Below are positions 51,080 to 64,000 of a stretch of 64,000 bases of DNA, piece after piece. The notes beneath the pieces are model-generated. The model saw nothing but the letters and a program-made list of their open reading frames with translations. It had not been told where the DNA came from and ran no database searches. Location: contig NC_068984.1 in the NCBI RefSeq assembly GCF_001194135.2, forward strand, positions 65,806,211 through 65,870,210, in the 5' to 3' direction. A program made the position numbers and the translations under genes. This stretch comes from Octopus bimaculoides (taxonomy: Eukaryota). The number at the start of each line of letters is the position of its first letter. Positions within the stretch are counted from its first letter, which is position 1.

Positions 51080-51470
51080 ATAGCAATGACAAGTTCCTTC
51101 ACCCCTTGGGGGGTCGTTGAGGCACTGCAGCCATGCAGAGTATCTTGGATGAGAAAGCCTGACAGAACCCATCCCTCTCCAGGCTATACTCATTTCTACA
51201 GCTGAGTGGACTGGAGCAACATAAAATGAAGTGTTTTGCTCAAGAACACAACGGATTGCCCACTCCAGGGATTGAGACCACAATCTTACATTTGTGAATC
51301 CAACACTCTAAGCACTAAGTGACATGCCTCCACTAGTGGTACTCGTTTCTACGGCTGAGTTGTCCGAAGCAATGTAAAATGAAGCATTTTGCTCATAAAC
51401 ATAATGCATTGCCTGGTCCAAGAATCAAAACCACAATCATACGATCATGAGTCCAACACCCTAACCAATG
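51080..51470 (-). mobile_element. Family D CORE-SINE plus a second tandem head
   Basis: Two repeats of tgaagtgttttgctcaagaacacaac...gattgagaccacaatc (51170-51330, 51335-51470). Confidence 0.75.
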
Positions 51471-51799
51471 TACCCACTAAATTACAAGCTGTTTCATTAC
51501 AGATATAATATAAACATGTAAACTTTAGACTCTAAAGAGAAAGAAAAAGCTCCTGCTAAATGGAATTAGTGAAATTAGGAAAAGAAAGCAAAGTATAAAA
51601 GATCACATACTAATTAACTAACCTCTTATGAAGATGTATGTAACAGGTAACAGAGATGAGCATCTCATGAAAGCATATATATCATTGGAACCAGAATCAT
51701 TTATGAATTAAGGTGTTTGGTATTGCCAACAGTTTTTATCAGTTTATTTTTAAGAAATATATCAAAATGAAGGAACAGAATTCTATTTCACTTTCAGAT

Positions 51800-52280
51800 A
51801 TCTTAAAGTGGGTTATGTGCCTATCCTCATGTGTGAGATCATGGCCAAAATAATATGCTCACAAATACATGTATCAGAAATGGGGTTACTTTGAAGGGTC
51901 TACAGTGTAACGTTACTTGACAGGATGCATAACTTGGAGATCAGATAGTTTCTGCTGGTTGAGATACAACTTCACATTGAGAGGTCACAGCTTTGGTTCC
52001 TATGGACATGCGATTAGAATGTTGCAAAGGCTGCAGTAAAGCATCACAAGACAAATTCTTCAAATTGAGCCAACCAGCAGGATACCTAAGAGTAGATTGA
52101 GAAGGAGTTAATTGGATAGTAGCCATAGTTTCAGTCAATTACACAAGGGAACCCAGGTAGAAAGTGCAATGTTAGTTACTTCTGACAGGAGCCCATAGAT
52201 GAGATACCCGAGGACCCTACCCTCATGTTCCATCCAAGAACAATGAGTGGAGAAGATGACTGGTTGGATGGATGGATATC
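51800..52280 (+). mobile_element. RTE-type LINE 3' end with (GGAT)n tail
   Basis: SEMGLL..VYSVTLLDRMHNLEIR..LHIERSQL (AEM.FLRR/LLLHIERSQLRW-like). Confidence 0.7.
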
Positions 52281-52509
52281 TTAACTCCTTTACATTCACT
52301 TTATTCTGTCAAAACTTATGTATATTTATTAACATTGTTTTCCAATTAATCAGACATTATCTTGTAGCTTTGATGTTTTGATGCGATAACTGTTAATTCT
52401 GAAAATGATACTGCTGGGTAAATGTTAAAAATCAGAACTGGCCAGTTTGAGCCTAAAACAGGTAGAATATTTTGGTTGGACATGACAGGTTTAAATGCTA
52501 AAGGGTTAA
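52281..52509. mobile_element. TTAA-bounded MITE (piggyBac-like ends)
   Basis: TTAA|CTCCTTTACATT ... AATGCTAAAGGG|TTAA. Confidence 0.65.
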
Positions 52510-54429
52510 GCATGTACCATTTGAGAAAGGAATCCTTCAGACATTTTTCTTCACTTCATTTTCCACTTCAACTTTGTAGATAAAGAAGATGGGTTTTAAT
52601 ATCACTTGTTATTCTAAAGGCTCCTGAATTCAACCAACTGTTCTTTTCGGCAATATTAAACCAATTGGCAAAGATTAAAATTAAATTGAGCCTTTCTTCC
52701 AAACAAGAATATTATTTTTCTTTTTAAGGCTTATGTATAGAGTAAAGTATTTCAAAAAGTGCTATATATATTGATGAAAATTATTTGAAGTTTTCAGAAG
52801 TTTTACTTTGATTTTGCATATCTACACTAAGCATTTCACATAAAAACAAACAATACCTATACTAATAATAATGCCTCTATCTTAGAAATTATCATTCACC
52901 TCAACTACATCATTGTTATTATTATTATTATTATCATTATTATTATTATCATTACTATTATCATCATCATCATCATTTGTATTTTACTTACATGGATCTG
53001 TTTGTATTTACTTTTGCTATTGCCATATAGATGATGTTTTTCGAAAAATTCTCAAAGATTGGATATTTTGCCTCTGTAAACTTGTATGCAAAGCTTAGTT
53101 TTATTTTATTATTGAAATCAAAAAGGAATTCTATTAAACACCCCTTTGGCTCAACTAGACATCGTTGGATATTAATACCCTGTTCAGAAATTGAATATCT
53201 TTTACATGCTTCACAATTTTATATGACTAGTAAATTTTGTGACGTGGTAAATTTTTACAAAATGAATGAACTGTTTTTGAACATTTTGTTTCACTTTTGT
53301 TTTGGCTTTATTTATAATTGTGTCAAGTCAACTGAGAAAGGGCTCCAAATGAAAAAAAGAAAGGTGAAAAAAACATATTCCAATGGACATGAAACAAAAA
53401 ACAAATATAAACAACCCTACTTTGTAAGAAGAAATGCATATCTTAGGAACAGAAAACTGTTCATATCACCCCACCAATCCAACCCTTAAAAAGTAATAAT
53501 ATTTTACTGAATAGCTTTGAGAAGCAACAACACTGGCATTCCCACACAAACACAAATGTCACCAAACAATAAATGAACAAGCAAAAGCAATTTAGCTAAA
53601 ATTACCTCCAACATTCAATCTCTAAATATAGAAGAGGTACACTTGGAAGTGTAAACATAGAGAAGCTGCATTCATAAGAATTTCATCTCTTTATCTGAAG
53701 AAGTTATTCACGAACAAATAAGGAATAAATTTATCTATCTTTCTCTCAGAAAGAAAGGGAGACCTTCGCTGAGGTAACAGGGAATCATATAAAGACATAT
53801 CTGGCAAGATATCTGGACAAGCATCTTGCCTGTACAGAAGGGGGGGGGGGAAGAAATAAATAAACAGCACTATCAACTTGGCTTTTGAGGTTTCAGACAA
53901 GGCATAGAGACATGCAGAAAATATACAGAAAATACACCCATTCATAAGTTTGTACCCACTTCATGAGGCAGCTTAGTAGAAGGGTGACAGTCATGAGTAC
54001 AGCAACTGACATTAACTCTTAGTTCATTGTTAAGTGTCAATGTCACTTATCACCCACATATTACATTTTTAGCACAATGTTGGTGGTTGTTAAGAATGTG
54101 AGTAATGAGAAATGTGTTGAGAGGAATTACAAATGGACAAGCAATTCTTTATGATGTCACACGAAGGAAAAAAAAACATTTCAGACTCATGCTCAGTTAC
54201 TCATACTGATCACTCTCAAAGGACAAAAAATATCTGAGCTGAATCCAGCTGAGCTATGTGTATAAAGAGAATGGTATCATAGGTCAAAACTACAAGTGGG
54301 TATAGGCCACTGGTGTATAACAGATTATACAATTGTTATGTGTGTGACAGTGAGAGCCACTGGAAGGTTATCTGTCCAGAGTGGCTGAAAAGGCAGAAAA
54401 AGAGAGAGTGGGCAACAAAAAAATAACAA

Positions 54430-54959
54430 CAGCATTTAATCCATCCTTAAGTTCTGAGTTCAAATTCCACTGAGGTCAACCTTGTTTTTTATCTTTTCAA
54501 GGTCTATAAAATAAGTACTAGTTATGCACTGGGGGTTAATATAATCAATTAGCCCCCTCCCCTACTTTCCTAAAAATTTTCAGATATTGTGCCTACAATA
54601 GGAAGGATTGTTATTATTACTATTATTACTATTATTATTATTATTATTATTAAGGAGTGGGTAGCTTGGTGTAATTGGTTAGTAGGCTTGTCATGAATAT
54701 AGGCTTTGGTTCGATTCCACTGCGTACTAGCACCTGCTTTTATTAAAGGCAGCAAGATGGCAGAACCATTAGCATGCTGGATGAAATGCTTTGCGTTATT
54801 TCACCCATTGCTCCATTCTGAGTTCAAATTCCACTGAGGTTGACTTTCCCTTTCATCCTTTAGGGGGTTGATAAATTAAGTACCAGTGAAACACTGGGAT
54901 CAATGTAATTGACTTATCCTCCCCACTAAAATTGCTGCCATTGTGGAAAAATTTGAAAC

Positions 54960-55004
<45 letters not shown>

Positions 55005-55676
55005 CAAGGTGGCAGGCTGGCAGAATCATTAGCAAGTCGGGTAAAATACTAAGTGGCATTTTGTCCATCTTTACATTTCGAGTTCAAATTCTGCTGCGGT
55101 TGGCTTTGTCTTTCATCATTTCAGGGTCAATAAAATAAGTACCAGGTGATCACTGCGGTTGATTTAATTGCTGGCCTTGTGCTAAAATTTGAAACCATTA
55201 TTATTATTATTATTATTATTACTACTACTACTGTGATGATTTGGTAGAATTTGTTAGCATGTTAGACAAATGCTTTGCAGCATTTCTTCTGGCTCATTAT
55301 GTTCTGTGATCAAATTTCACTGATATCAACTTTGCTTTACAAATTTTTGGGACTGATAAAATAAAAACCATTGGTGCCAATGTAATCGACTAGTCCCAAC
55401 TCCCCCAAAATTTGAGGCCTTATGCCTATAGTAAAAAGAATCAAGATTATTGTTGTTATTATTAAGGCTGTGAGCTGGCAGTTAGCATATTGGACAAAAT
55501 GCTTGGTAGCATCTCTTCTGAATCTTTATGTTCTGAGTTCAAATTCTACTGAGGTCAAATTTACCTTTCATCCTTTCAGGGCCAATAAAATGAAGTACCA
55601 GTCAAGTACTGAAGTCGATGTAATTGACTATTTCCCACCCTCTAATACTGCTGTCCTTGTGCCAAAATTCAAAACC
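54430..55676 (+). mobile_element. Head-to-tail array of five family A SINEs plus one family C head
   Basis: Copies at about 54430-54610, 54746-54960, 55006-55196, 55233-55445, 55464-55676; family C head 54653-54730; (ATT)n spacers. Confidence 0.88.
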
Positions 55677-55859
55677 ATTATTTTTATTATTGTTAAGTCT
55701 ACACATCTTGGAAAAGGAACAGTAAGCACTGGAAGTGTTTGAATTCATAATGTAGAAGGGATATAACTAAACATAAAAGAGACATTTTTTTCTAGTACAC
55801 AGCCAATTCTACCACCCACAGCCCTTTCACTTAAAATTTTCGAATAAAGCTATATTTTG

Positions 55860-55990
55860 ATTTAATGGACTGGTACTTTAGTTATTATGCCTATGAGAAT
55901 AAATGGCAAAGTTGATGTGATTTGAACAAAGAAATTGAAATGACAGGAATAAATAGCACAAAGCGTTTATTTAGTTAGTTTGCCATTTCT
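55860..55990 (-). mobile_element. Degenerate family A SINE
   Basis: ctggtactttagttatt...aaatggcaaagttgat...tttgaac. Confidence 0.45.
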
Positions 55991-56329
55991 ACAACTCCAC
56001 CAACTATTAAAATAATAATATAATGTCTAGCGTACACTCAAAGCCACACAATTTAGTAAGGAAGTTATAGTTTATTAAACTGAACCTAGTATTATCTGAT
56101 ATTATTTTATGAAGCCCAGATATGATAAATGCAAAGTTGTCCCCAGTGTTTTTGCACATACACATGTATGTCAGATTATTGCAACTAAATTTCTACCATT
56201 TCACTGAAGTCATTTAGAATCTTAGATAATCTTAAAAGGAAATTTATTTAATACACATTGACTGATCTAATTCCAACTCTCTCAACAAAATCAACAATAT
56301 AAATGTGATATAAAAGCCTTGATAAAGCC

Positions 56330-57261
56330 CAATATGGCTGAACCTCAGTGGAGAGTGGGCCATCTACAAGCCAAAATGAAGAGCTGATTGAGAAGGTTTG
56401 ATGAATGATCAGGAAAATTGCTCACAAAGTGGTAATAAGCACAGAATCAGTGCATTCCATTTTAATGGAGGATTTGTACAAGCAGGGAGTGTTGATGAAA
56501 TTCATCCCCAAGGTATTGGTGGAGCAGTAGAAGCAACTCCACATGGAAATCGCTCAGGACATGCTGGACTGTACAAACTACAAACCAGACTTCATGAAAA
56601 TCATTATCTCTGGTGATGAGATGTGGGTTTATGTTACAGCCCAGAAATCAATGCCAGTCCTCCCAATAGAAGCATCTGCCATCACAAAGGTCCAAAATAG
56701 CATGACAGATATGCAGCAATATGAAGGTAATGTTGACCTTTTTCTTTGGCTTCTGTAGCACTGTGCATTATGACTATGCATTACAAGACCAAACAATCAA
56801 TAAGAAATACTGCCTGGAGGTTATATGTTGCTTTGTGATGCTGAGCATCAAATTGCAGTCAAACATCTGGGTAATGAAGAATTGGTAACTTCAGCATAAC
56901 AATGCACCCACTCATAATCCAAGCTTTCCTGGTCAAGAACAACACCTCACTTGATCGACAGGCTCCCTACTCTCTCAACTTGTCACCGTGTTGGCTCTTC
57001 CCCAAACTGAAAAAACCATGCTGAAAAGGAAGCAATTTGGCTCACAAGAGGAAATTATGTGAATAACAACAGCAGAGCTCCATAGCATTCTAGAGATATT
57101 TCAGATGTGTTAATAGCAGTAGTAGAATTGCTGGGAGAACTGTAAGAACTCCCAAGGGAGTGTCTCAGAAGTGGTTAAATAAAATTTGTGAAGTGTACTA
57201 AATTGTTTTGTTTTGTGTTTCTTTTAAGCCCAAAGGTCAGAGACTTTTCGAATCCACCCTG
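56330..57261 (+). mobile_element. Decayed mariner-family transposon, left end missing
   Basis: IISGDEMWVY (TGDETWVY), HNNAPTH (HDNAPAH), APYSLNLSP (YSPDLAP), right end GACTTTTCGAATCCACCCTG|TA. Confidence 0.85.
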
Positions 57262-57920
57262 TAAATAAGAGAGGTTAGTATTTCTTCAACCATTGTTGAT
57301 TAGTTTGCCTTTTATTATATTCATATATATTTTCTCTCTTCAGTAACATTTTAAAATTAAGACAAGTCTCTTATCTGGCTTTATTATCGTATCATAGATA
57401 ATTAGAAAATAATTACAAACTATAAATGTTGACTAAAATTATTAGAAAATAGAATCCCATAAAGCATGTAACTTCACAAGAAACACTGCTTCAGTATACA
57501 AAAATGTTTGGTTACATTAATACNNNNNNNNNNNNNNNNNNNNNNNNNNNNNNNNNNNNNNNNNNNNNNNNNNNNNNNNNNNNNNNNNNNNNNNNNNNNN
57601 NNNNNNNNNNNNNNNNNNNNNNNNNNNNNNNNNNNNNNNNNNNNNNNNNNNNNNNNNNNNNNNNNNNNNNNNNNNNNNNNNNNNNNNNNNNNNNNNNNNN
57701 NNNNNNNNNNNNNNNNNNNNNNNNNNNNNNNNNNNNNNNNNNNNNNNNNNNNNNNNNNNNNNNNNNNNNNNNNNNNNNNNNNNNNNNNNNNNNNNNNNNN
57801 NNNNNNNNNNNNNNNNNNNNNNNNNNNNNNNNNNNNNNNNNNNNNNNNNNNNNNNNNNNNNNNNNNNNNNNNNNNNNNNNNNNNNNNNNNNNNNNNNNNN
57901 NNNNNNNNNNNNNNNNNNNN

Positions 57921-57959
<39 letters not shown>

Positions 57960-58379
57960 TTTGATGAAATCCTTTCAGCATGAAATTATAAAACTTCTTT
58001 GCTCATGCAAACACTATTAGCTTTTCACTTTGATATCTCCATTTGCAATGCAGCTTACCCTAAAAGAATCTTTGGCATTGTTTGATTCAATTTACATTTA
58101 TGTGTGGAAATGTATGTGATAGAGAGATTACAATTTCATAACTTGGTTGATTGAAAATATTAAGAAACTTGAGAGGTTTTCTGCATTTAGACATAATTCA
58201 TCAAATGATGAATCAATAGATTAAAAATTTGAAATCAGTACTATGTAAATATATAAGAAGTGTATACCTTTACTCAATTTTAAATTTTACTAATTTATAC
58301 TATTGTTTTATATTTTGTCATACCATTCTGTTTTCATTAATGTGTACACAATTTTGGATCACATAATAAACAAGCAGGT

Positions 58380-58640
58380 TTACAAAATCATCCATCATCA
58401 TAGCGGACCTCCATCAAAGGTTTCTCAAAGTATCTAAGGACAGAAAGTTAAGATGGCATGGCTATGTAACAAGATCTAATGTCCTCACAATAACCATTCT
58501 TCAAGAACTCACAGAAGGCAGGAAAGGTGGAGAACGTAAAGTAAAAGATGGATGGGCAACATTAAGGAATGGACAAGCAAATCATTAGTGGAGACCCAAG
58601 TTTTGGAATGTAATCATCACAAATAGAGAAAATTGGTGTA
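58380..58640 (+). mobile_element. RTE-type LINE C-terminal remnant
   Basis: KVSKDRKLRWHGYVTRSNVLTITILQELTEG (KRRKLRWFGHVTR..LAKTILQG.VEG-like). Confidence 0.7.
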
Positions 58641-60589
58641 TGGCATGTCATGACAGAACCCTTTTGATTCTATTGGGCAAAGATCCATGACAAGGTTATT
58701 AATATGAGTTTGCAAGGCACTTTTTACATAATTATGTATATGTTCTCAAATATCCATGACTTCTAAGAAGGGATTCAACACAACATTTTCTCCATCTGTT
58801 AGTTTCTCTCTCTCTCTCTCTCTCTCCTAAGAAAGATGTTATCCTAATGATTGTATTCCATTCTTGGACAATATAATGTCTAAACCTAGAAGATATGTAA
58901 ACACACTCGACGCCTTCATTAAAATAATGGAAACACAATAAGTAAATACAAATAATTTAAGACTAATACAATCTTGCCTGAGACTAAATTTTTTTCAGTC
59001 ATGAAGAAATGTTGGATCATCTTAAACATAAGGAAAAGATGATAACATGTTAATGCATAGAAGAATACACTCTCCTTTCATCTAACAAGAATTCTTTGTT
59101 ATACTGTCATTTTTTAAAATTTTATTATTTTTTTGCATAAAGACACAAGTTTCTTTGCAAAATTCCAGTGATTTTCAATTTCCTCTATGAAGTGAGTTTT
59201 TCACTTCTCAACAACCATTTCATGACCTGAGGGTCACAATTCAATAAAATAGGATCTGTAAAATTCTCTTTTGTCATATGTGTTTCCGTTGATTTTCTAA
59301 TTTGCTAATGTCAAGAAATTCTATATCTAGCTACATCGTTGGTGTCACTGTAAGAGAAACTTGTTTTGCATGCTTATGTGTGAAAATAACTCAGGTGTGA
59401 TTAGCAATTCAGGACATGCACCCAAGAAACTAGTAATAGGAAATCATCAGATTTATGTCATTTGTATACAAAATGTTATGACATTTACATGATTGGCTTG
59501 CTAGTTTTTTTATGGATACAAACATTGATAAATTTGTAAACACTCAAGTTAATTTCTGCTATATGTTATTACAAACAATAGGTTGCTCTGATCACTACTG
59601 ACAGTTCTATAATATCTTAGCCTCGCCTAAATATTGGTTCATAAATCACTGTTATCAGTTAGAATATCATTGATTATATAATAAGCTTTGTGAGATAGGT
59701 GTTTTAATGAATGAAGTTATGAAGAATTGCTAAGAAATTGCTGGTGTCTCTATAAATAATATCAGTGTGATGGAACGAGATTAATTTGAGAAAATCAAGG
59801 ATTTTATCATGGAAATTGAAGAAATCCCAAATTCATCATACACAAAATAATGCATGCAATTTTCCAGTTGATAAAAATTTTCTACAGCAAACAATCACTT
59901 TCAATGAATATTAAAGACTTAAGAGATACAGGTCTTGAGGGAACCACCTTTAGATTTATTTCAGAATTACAGTGAGATTTACTAGAATTCAGAGATGAAG
60001 GCAATATCTACATTGCTAGTTTTAACACTGGTGTGAGATTCTTATAATGACGAGAAATCTTTTATTCTCCATGGTGACTTGACAATATGTATGTTAGCGC
60101 TCATATAAGGACATACAAATATACACTTAAATATTTATATGCAAACACACACACACAGATTTTTACACAAATTTTAGACAATAAATTATACTTGTTCAGT
60201 GTTATTATGGTTGAAAAGGGTTTCTAAAATATTAGTTAATACTGTTTTTAATTCTTGTCACTAACTTTTTTAGTTTAAACATTAATTATTTTAATTTCTT
60301 TTCATTTAAAAACACCCAATGATAAAAAATAGAATCAACAATGTAATTGCAAATAAAAATTCTTAACAGACAAGATTCCTGAAAATATTTACACTTGAAA
60401 GTAATTACTGAAATTATTGTACTAGAGTAGAGTTTCTGTTGTAATTTCAAATATATATTTAAATAACTTTATTAATGCTCTTGAAATGACAAATATAATG
60501 AAAACATTTTCTTTATTTAATGTACTGATGTACTGATAACTTTATTCATTTCTTCAGGAACTATTTTACAAAGTATAATGTATATATTG

Positions 60590-60995
60590 GCACAGGTGTG
60601 GTTTATAGGTGCAGGCATGACAGTGAATTGCGTGGTAAGAAGTTTGCTTCACAGCCACATGGTTCTGGTTCTATTCCACTGCATGGCACCTTGAGAAAAT
60701 GTCTTTTACTATAGCTGCAGGCCAACCAATGCCTTGCAAATGAATTTGGTAGAGGGAAACTGAAAGAATACAGTCATGTGTGAGTGTGTGTGTTTGTGTG
60801 TGTCCACTAACACAACTTGACAACCAGTGTTAGTATGTTTACATTCTTGTAACTTAGCAGTCTGGTAAGAGATTGACAGAATAAGTAACAAGCTTTAAAA
60901 AAATAAATACTGGAGCCAATTCATTTGACAAAAACCCTTCAAGATGGTGCCCCAGCATGGCTGCAGTCTTATAACTTAAACAAGCAGAGTATAGA
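60590..60995 (+). mobile_element. Family C CORE-SINE
   Basis: gcgtggtaagaagtttgcttcacagccacatggttctgg head, gcaccttgagaaaatgtcttttactatag CORE, full tail. Confidence 0.85.
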
Positions 60996-63900
60996 AGATG
61001 TGAAAGTAATCCAGTTTTACCAAACAAAATGTAAGCCATAATTAATAAATGATAGGCTGTAGATTATCCACATTTTATAAATAATGTTTATTGCAACAAG
61101 AAATAGAAATTTACAAGACCATCCTCAACCAAGTCATTTCCTTTTATAATACACTTAGCCTAAAATTTTAAAAGCTTTATTATAATGGCAGGTCAGAGAT
61201 GAACCACGTGCAAACTGCCAAATTAACTGTTATGAAGTACAGTTAGATAAAATCTGATGAAGCAAAGTAACATTTTGTGATGAAAGATTTCACTAAATTT
61301 AAGCTCTTGATATACTTTCATTTAAACAAATTAAATCAATGTTCAAGCCATGCTTTGGGAACACTCAAATGGTGAAGTAATCATGTTATGCATGAATCAA
61401 TAATGTAAAAATGAGCCAAATGAAGAAACCTCCAAATTTAATATCAATTCTGAGCAACGTAAAAGTATTTGAGCTACTACCTTAAATGTTAAGACAAATT
61501 ATTAACTTGTTCCTACAAATAGTCAAAATTCTAAATGATAATTCTTCTTAAAATTCAATTTTAAGCTTACATGGACACACTGCAGCTGCAATCTCATTCA
61601 ATTTCAAGAAGCCTTTACAAATTATGCTTCTTAAAAGAGGAAACATTATTGAATAAATACTATATTACTTCAGGCTGTTTTTTGGGGTTTTTTTTTTTTT
61701 TGTATGCTGCTAATTAATAGTTATATGAAAGAAAAAATACAAGAAAAAACATTTTATTTGAGCATGCAGGTAAAAAAAAAAATTCAATATATATATATAT
61801 ATAATGAAATTTTTTAAAATGATTTTTAAGCTAAGAACCTCATTGGAAATGATCCTTCAAGCCCTTTCTATTTATAAGAGCAAAAAATGAGCATTCAACT
61901 AGTTGTGAAGTATTATCTGTTTTAGTTTTTATTTGTTTTACTTATAACAAAATATTAATTCTAAAACTGAGAAATTGAAAAAAATAGAGTTGGAGTATCT
62001 AAGATGAACATTGTTTATTTTTTAATTTATCAAAACCTTTTAACATAGTTGTTATTAAACAATGAAGTAATCTGAATCTTTTATTTATGAGAATCTCAAA
62101 TATTTGAACTCCAATTTTGTAGTGACAATTTTACTCTTATTTAGTTTATTCAGATAGAGTAACAATGGTTAGCAACATTTCAAAAACATTTCAATAGAAT
62201 GAAAAGAGAACATTGTAAAGTTAGAAAGAGGAAACGGATTTGTTGTGCTGCAATAATTTTTCTTCACCTGCAACATAAACCCATTTAAAAATATCAGCTT
62301 CCCTCATTACAATGAATTTATATTCACATTCTAAAAACAAATTATACATATGTTAACCATTTTCCTTGATAATGTAAATTACTTCTGCTATTTTAACTCT
62401 TGTTAATTACTGCTATTTTGCTGTATTTTCCCAACAGTGCTAACAAACAATTTAAAGCCCATTATTTGGGTGTATTTGTTCAATATTATAATATCAAATT
62501 GCGCTGTGTAAATACATTTTCAATGAGAATGTGTTTAACAGTCGCCTTATTCCTTAAAATACAAAACCGTGATAATACTTGGGCATACGTAATGGCTAAA
62601 GCATCTAATTAATCTATACATCAATAAGATGATAAATTTAATTGGATATTGAAAAAATCTAATAAACACTTGTTAGATAGTTTAGCTTCTGTAAAATACT
62701 ATTTTTGGTTGTAAAAGGTTAAAACAAATTCAAGTCATTTAAGGTGAAGAGAAATGTTCAGTGTATCAGTTGAAGGTCATAATCTATATTCAAATGCTAT
62801 AATCTCAGACTTTAGTTGTTATCCCGATTTACAACCAACTGCAAATTACATTTTTAATTACTTCTGAAAAAACAATTCCAGAAATTTCATAAAACATTTT
62901 AAGAAGACAAAATAACTTGGATTGTTGTAATACAAAGAGCTTGTGTGAAAGGAATAATTAAATGTTTCAGTCCAAATATTTAAATGAAATGAAAATAATT
63001 TTAACTCAAACATTCATTAGAGGCTCATACAATATGAAAAAGGTGCATTAATCATTAATTGTGGAAGAGTGAATAAAGATTCAATCAGTTTGTTTTTAAC
63101 AAACTTCAGGAGTGAGCCATTTAATCTAAGGAAAGGTGATATTTTGTTTTGGTTTTGATTTTTTAAAACATTGATTTGCATCCTTCATTCAGATACACAT
63201 TTACTAATGTTTCAGCTGTCTCTTTTGCACTCAAGAAATATCATCATCACATAGTTTCTAAAATGAACTTCCTTGTACTGGAAAAAATTTGGTTTCTATT
63301 CTCATATGGAGTTGCTTCTATTCACATACCTAATGGTCTCTGATAAGACTTGTTGATTACATATTAAAATTAGTATAAAAGTAAATATGAAGAATGCTAG
63401 AGTAAAATCATCTTATAACCATGTGCACATTGGATAATGGAGAACTAGATACAAAGAAAAAAACAAGATAGTCATGGGTAGAATATTTTTAATTATTGGT
63501 CTACTTGATCATAGCTGGTGTGGGGCTAAAAAATAATTAAAAGAGATACAACTTAGGACTGGTAAATACTTTAGATTTTTGGATTGATTCTTATTATTGC
63601 TTGATGTCATTTCATATTTTTATGCTACAAATATTATCCAGAGAGGTTATATCACACACTATAAACCTTCTCAACCTGAAAATATACGGACTTCAACCTG
63701 GCGAGAACAATTCAGTAAATTACCTTCAAACATTACAAAATTTAACTATTAGGAAAGGAAACAAAAACTCTATATTAATAATAAAGAATTTCACCTTAAA
63801 GTAAGGATACAGAGTGGGAGACAATGGGGGTGACTGTATCAAGGGCAGCCACCACAAAATCTAGTCCTTGTTGTGATATGTAGTTTGTGTACAACTGCAT

Positions 63901-64000
63901 ATCATGCTGGTTAGATCAAAGGATAAAGGCCAGATTAATGTGCAATATATGGGTTTGGGTTTGCATAGGGCCAGCCTAATATGATAAAAGTGAATTTACA

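Larger units (their letters stand above)
1410..57920. other. Assembly gaps: 1410-1805, 2830-2843, 5253-5262, 21558-21955, 26601-26610, 32620-33038, 48421-49182, 50324-50785, 57524-57920
   Basis: Runs of N, mostly bordered by (TA)n/(GT)n/(GA)n. Confidence 0.99.

Noticed and set aside
54430-55676. CRISPR-like repeat/spacer periodicity
   Set aside because: Units are about 200-nt divergent SINEs with microsatellite spacers; no cas genes; eukaryotic context.
1352-58020. Long ORFs containing X runs (1352, 21438, 32556, 48195, 50046, 57504 groups)
   Set aside because: Open only because they span N gaps and dinucleotide repeats.
10340-61265. Other CTGATGA occurrences as hammerheads (about 10346, 18386, 44317, 61255)
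   Set aside because: No stem II followed by GAAA and a cleavage triplet.
63670-63725. Fibronectin type III-like IYGLQPG motif in ORF 63601-63804
   Set aside because: Only a five-residue match; other FN3 hallmark residues are absent.

Overview
AT-rich, repeat-dense eukaryotic DNA with nine N-gaps and no intact long ORF. The repeat families and microsatellite load resemble an octopus (coleoid cephalopod) genome; this is an inference from recognising the repeats. Nearly everything identifiable is a transposable element or simple repeat: (1) about 20 copies of a tRNA-derived SINE with an (ATT)n tail ('family A'), often stacked head-to-tail; (2) CORE-type SINEs; (3) 5'-truncated 3' ends of an RTE-type LINE with a (GAT)n tail, three of them nearly identical; (4) about ten decayed R4/Dong-type LINE fragments (restriction-like endonuclease), several sitting in (TAA)n arrays; (5) a full-length but decayed IR/DR Tc1 (DD34E) element, a decayed mariner and two TTAA-bounded MITEs; (6) Penelope-like remnants, two with decayed hammerhead-ribozyme cores. 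No host gene could be named; only weak short exon candidates were seen, so the window is probably intronic or intergenic. I found no convincing new protein-coding system. The most interesting signals are the hammerhead relics, the antiparallel SINE/Dong stacking on (TAA)n, a TTAAG motif shared by three SINE target-site duplications, and a young inverted repeat pair. Ends of decayed repeats are approximate (about +/-20 nt). Family names come from motif recognition, not database searches.
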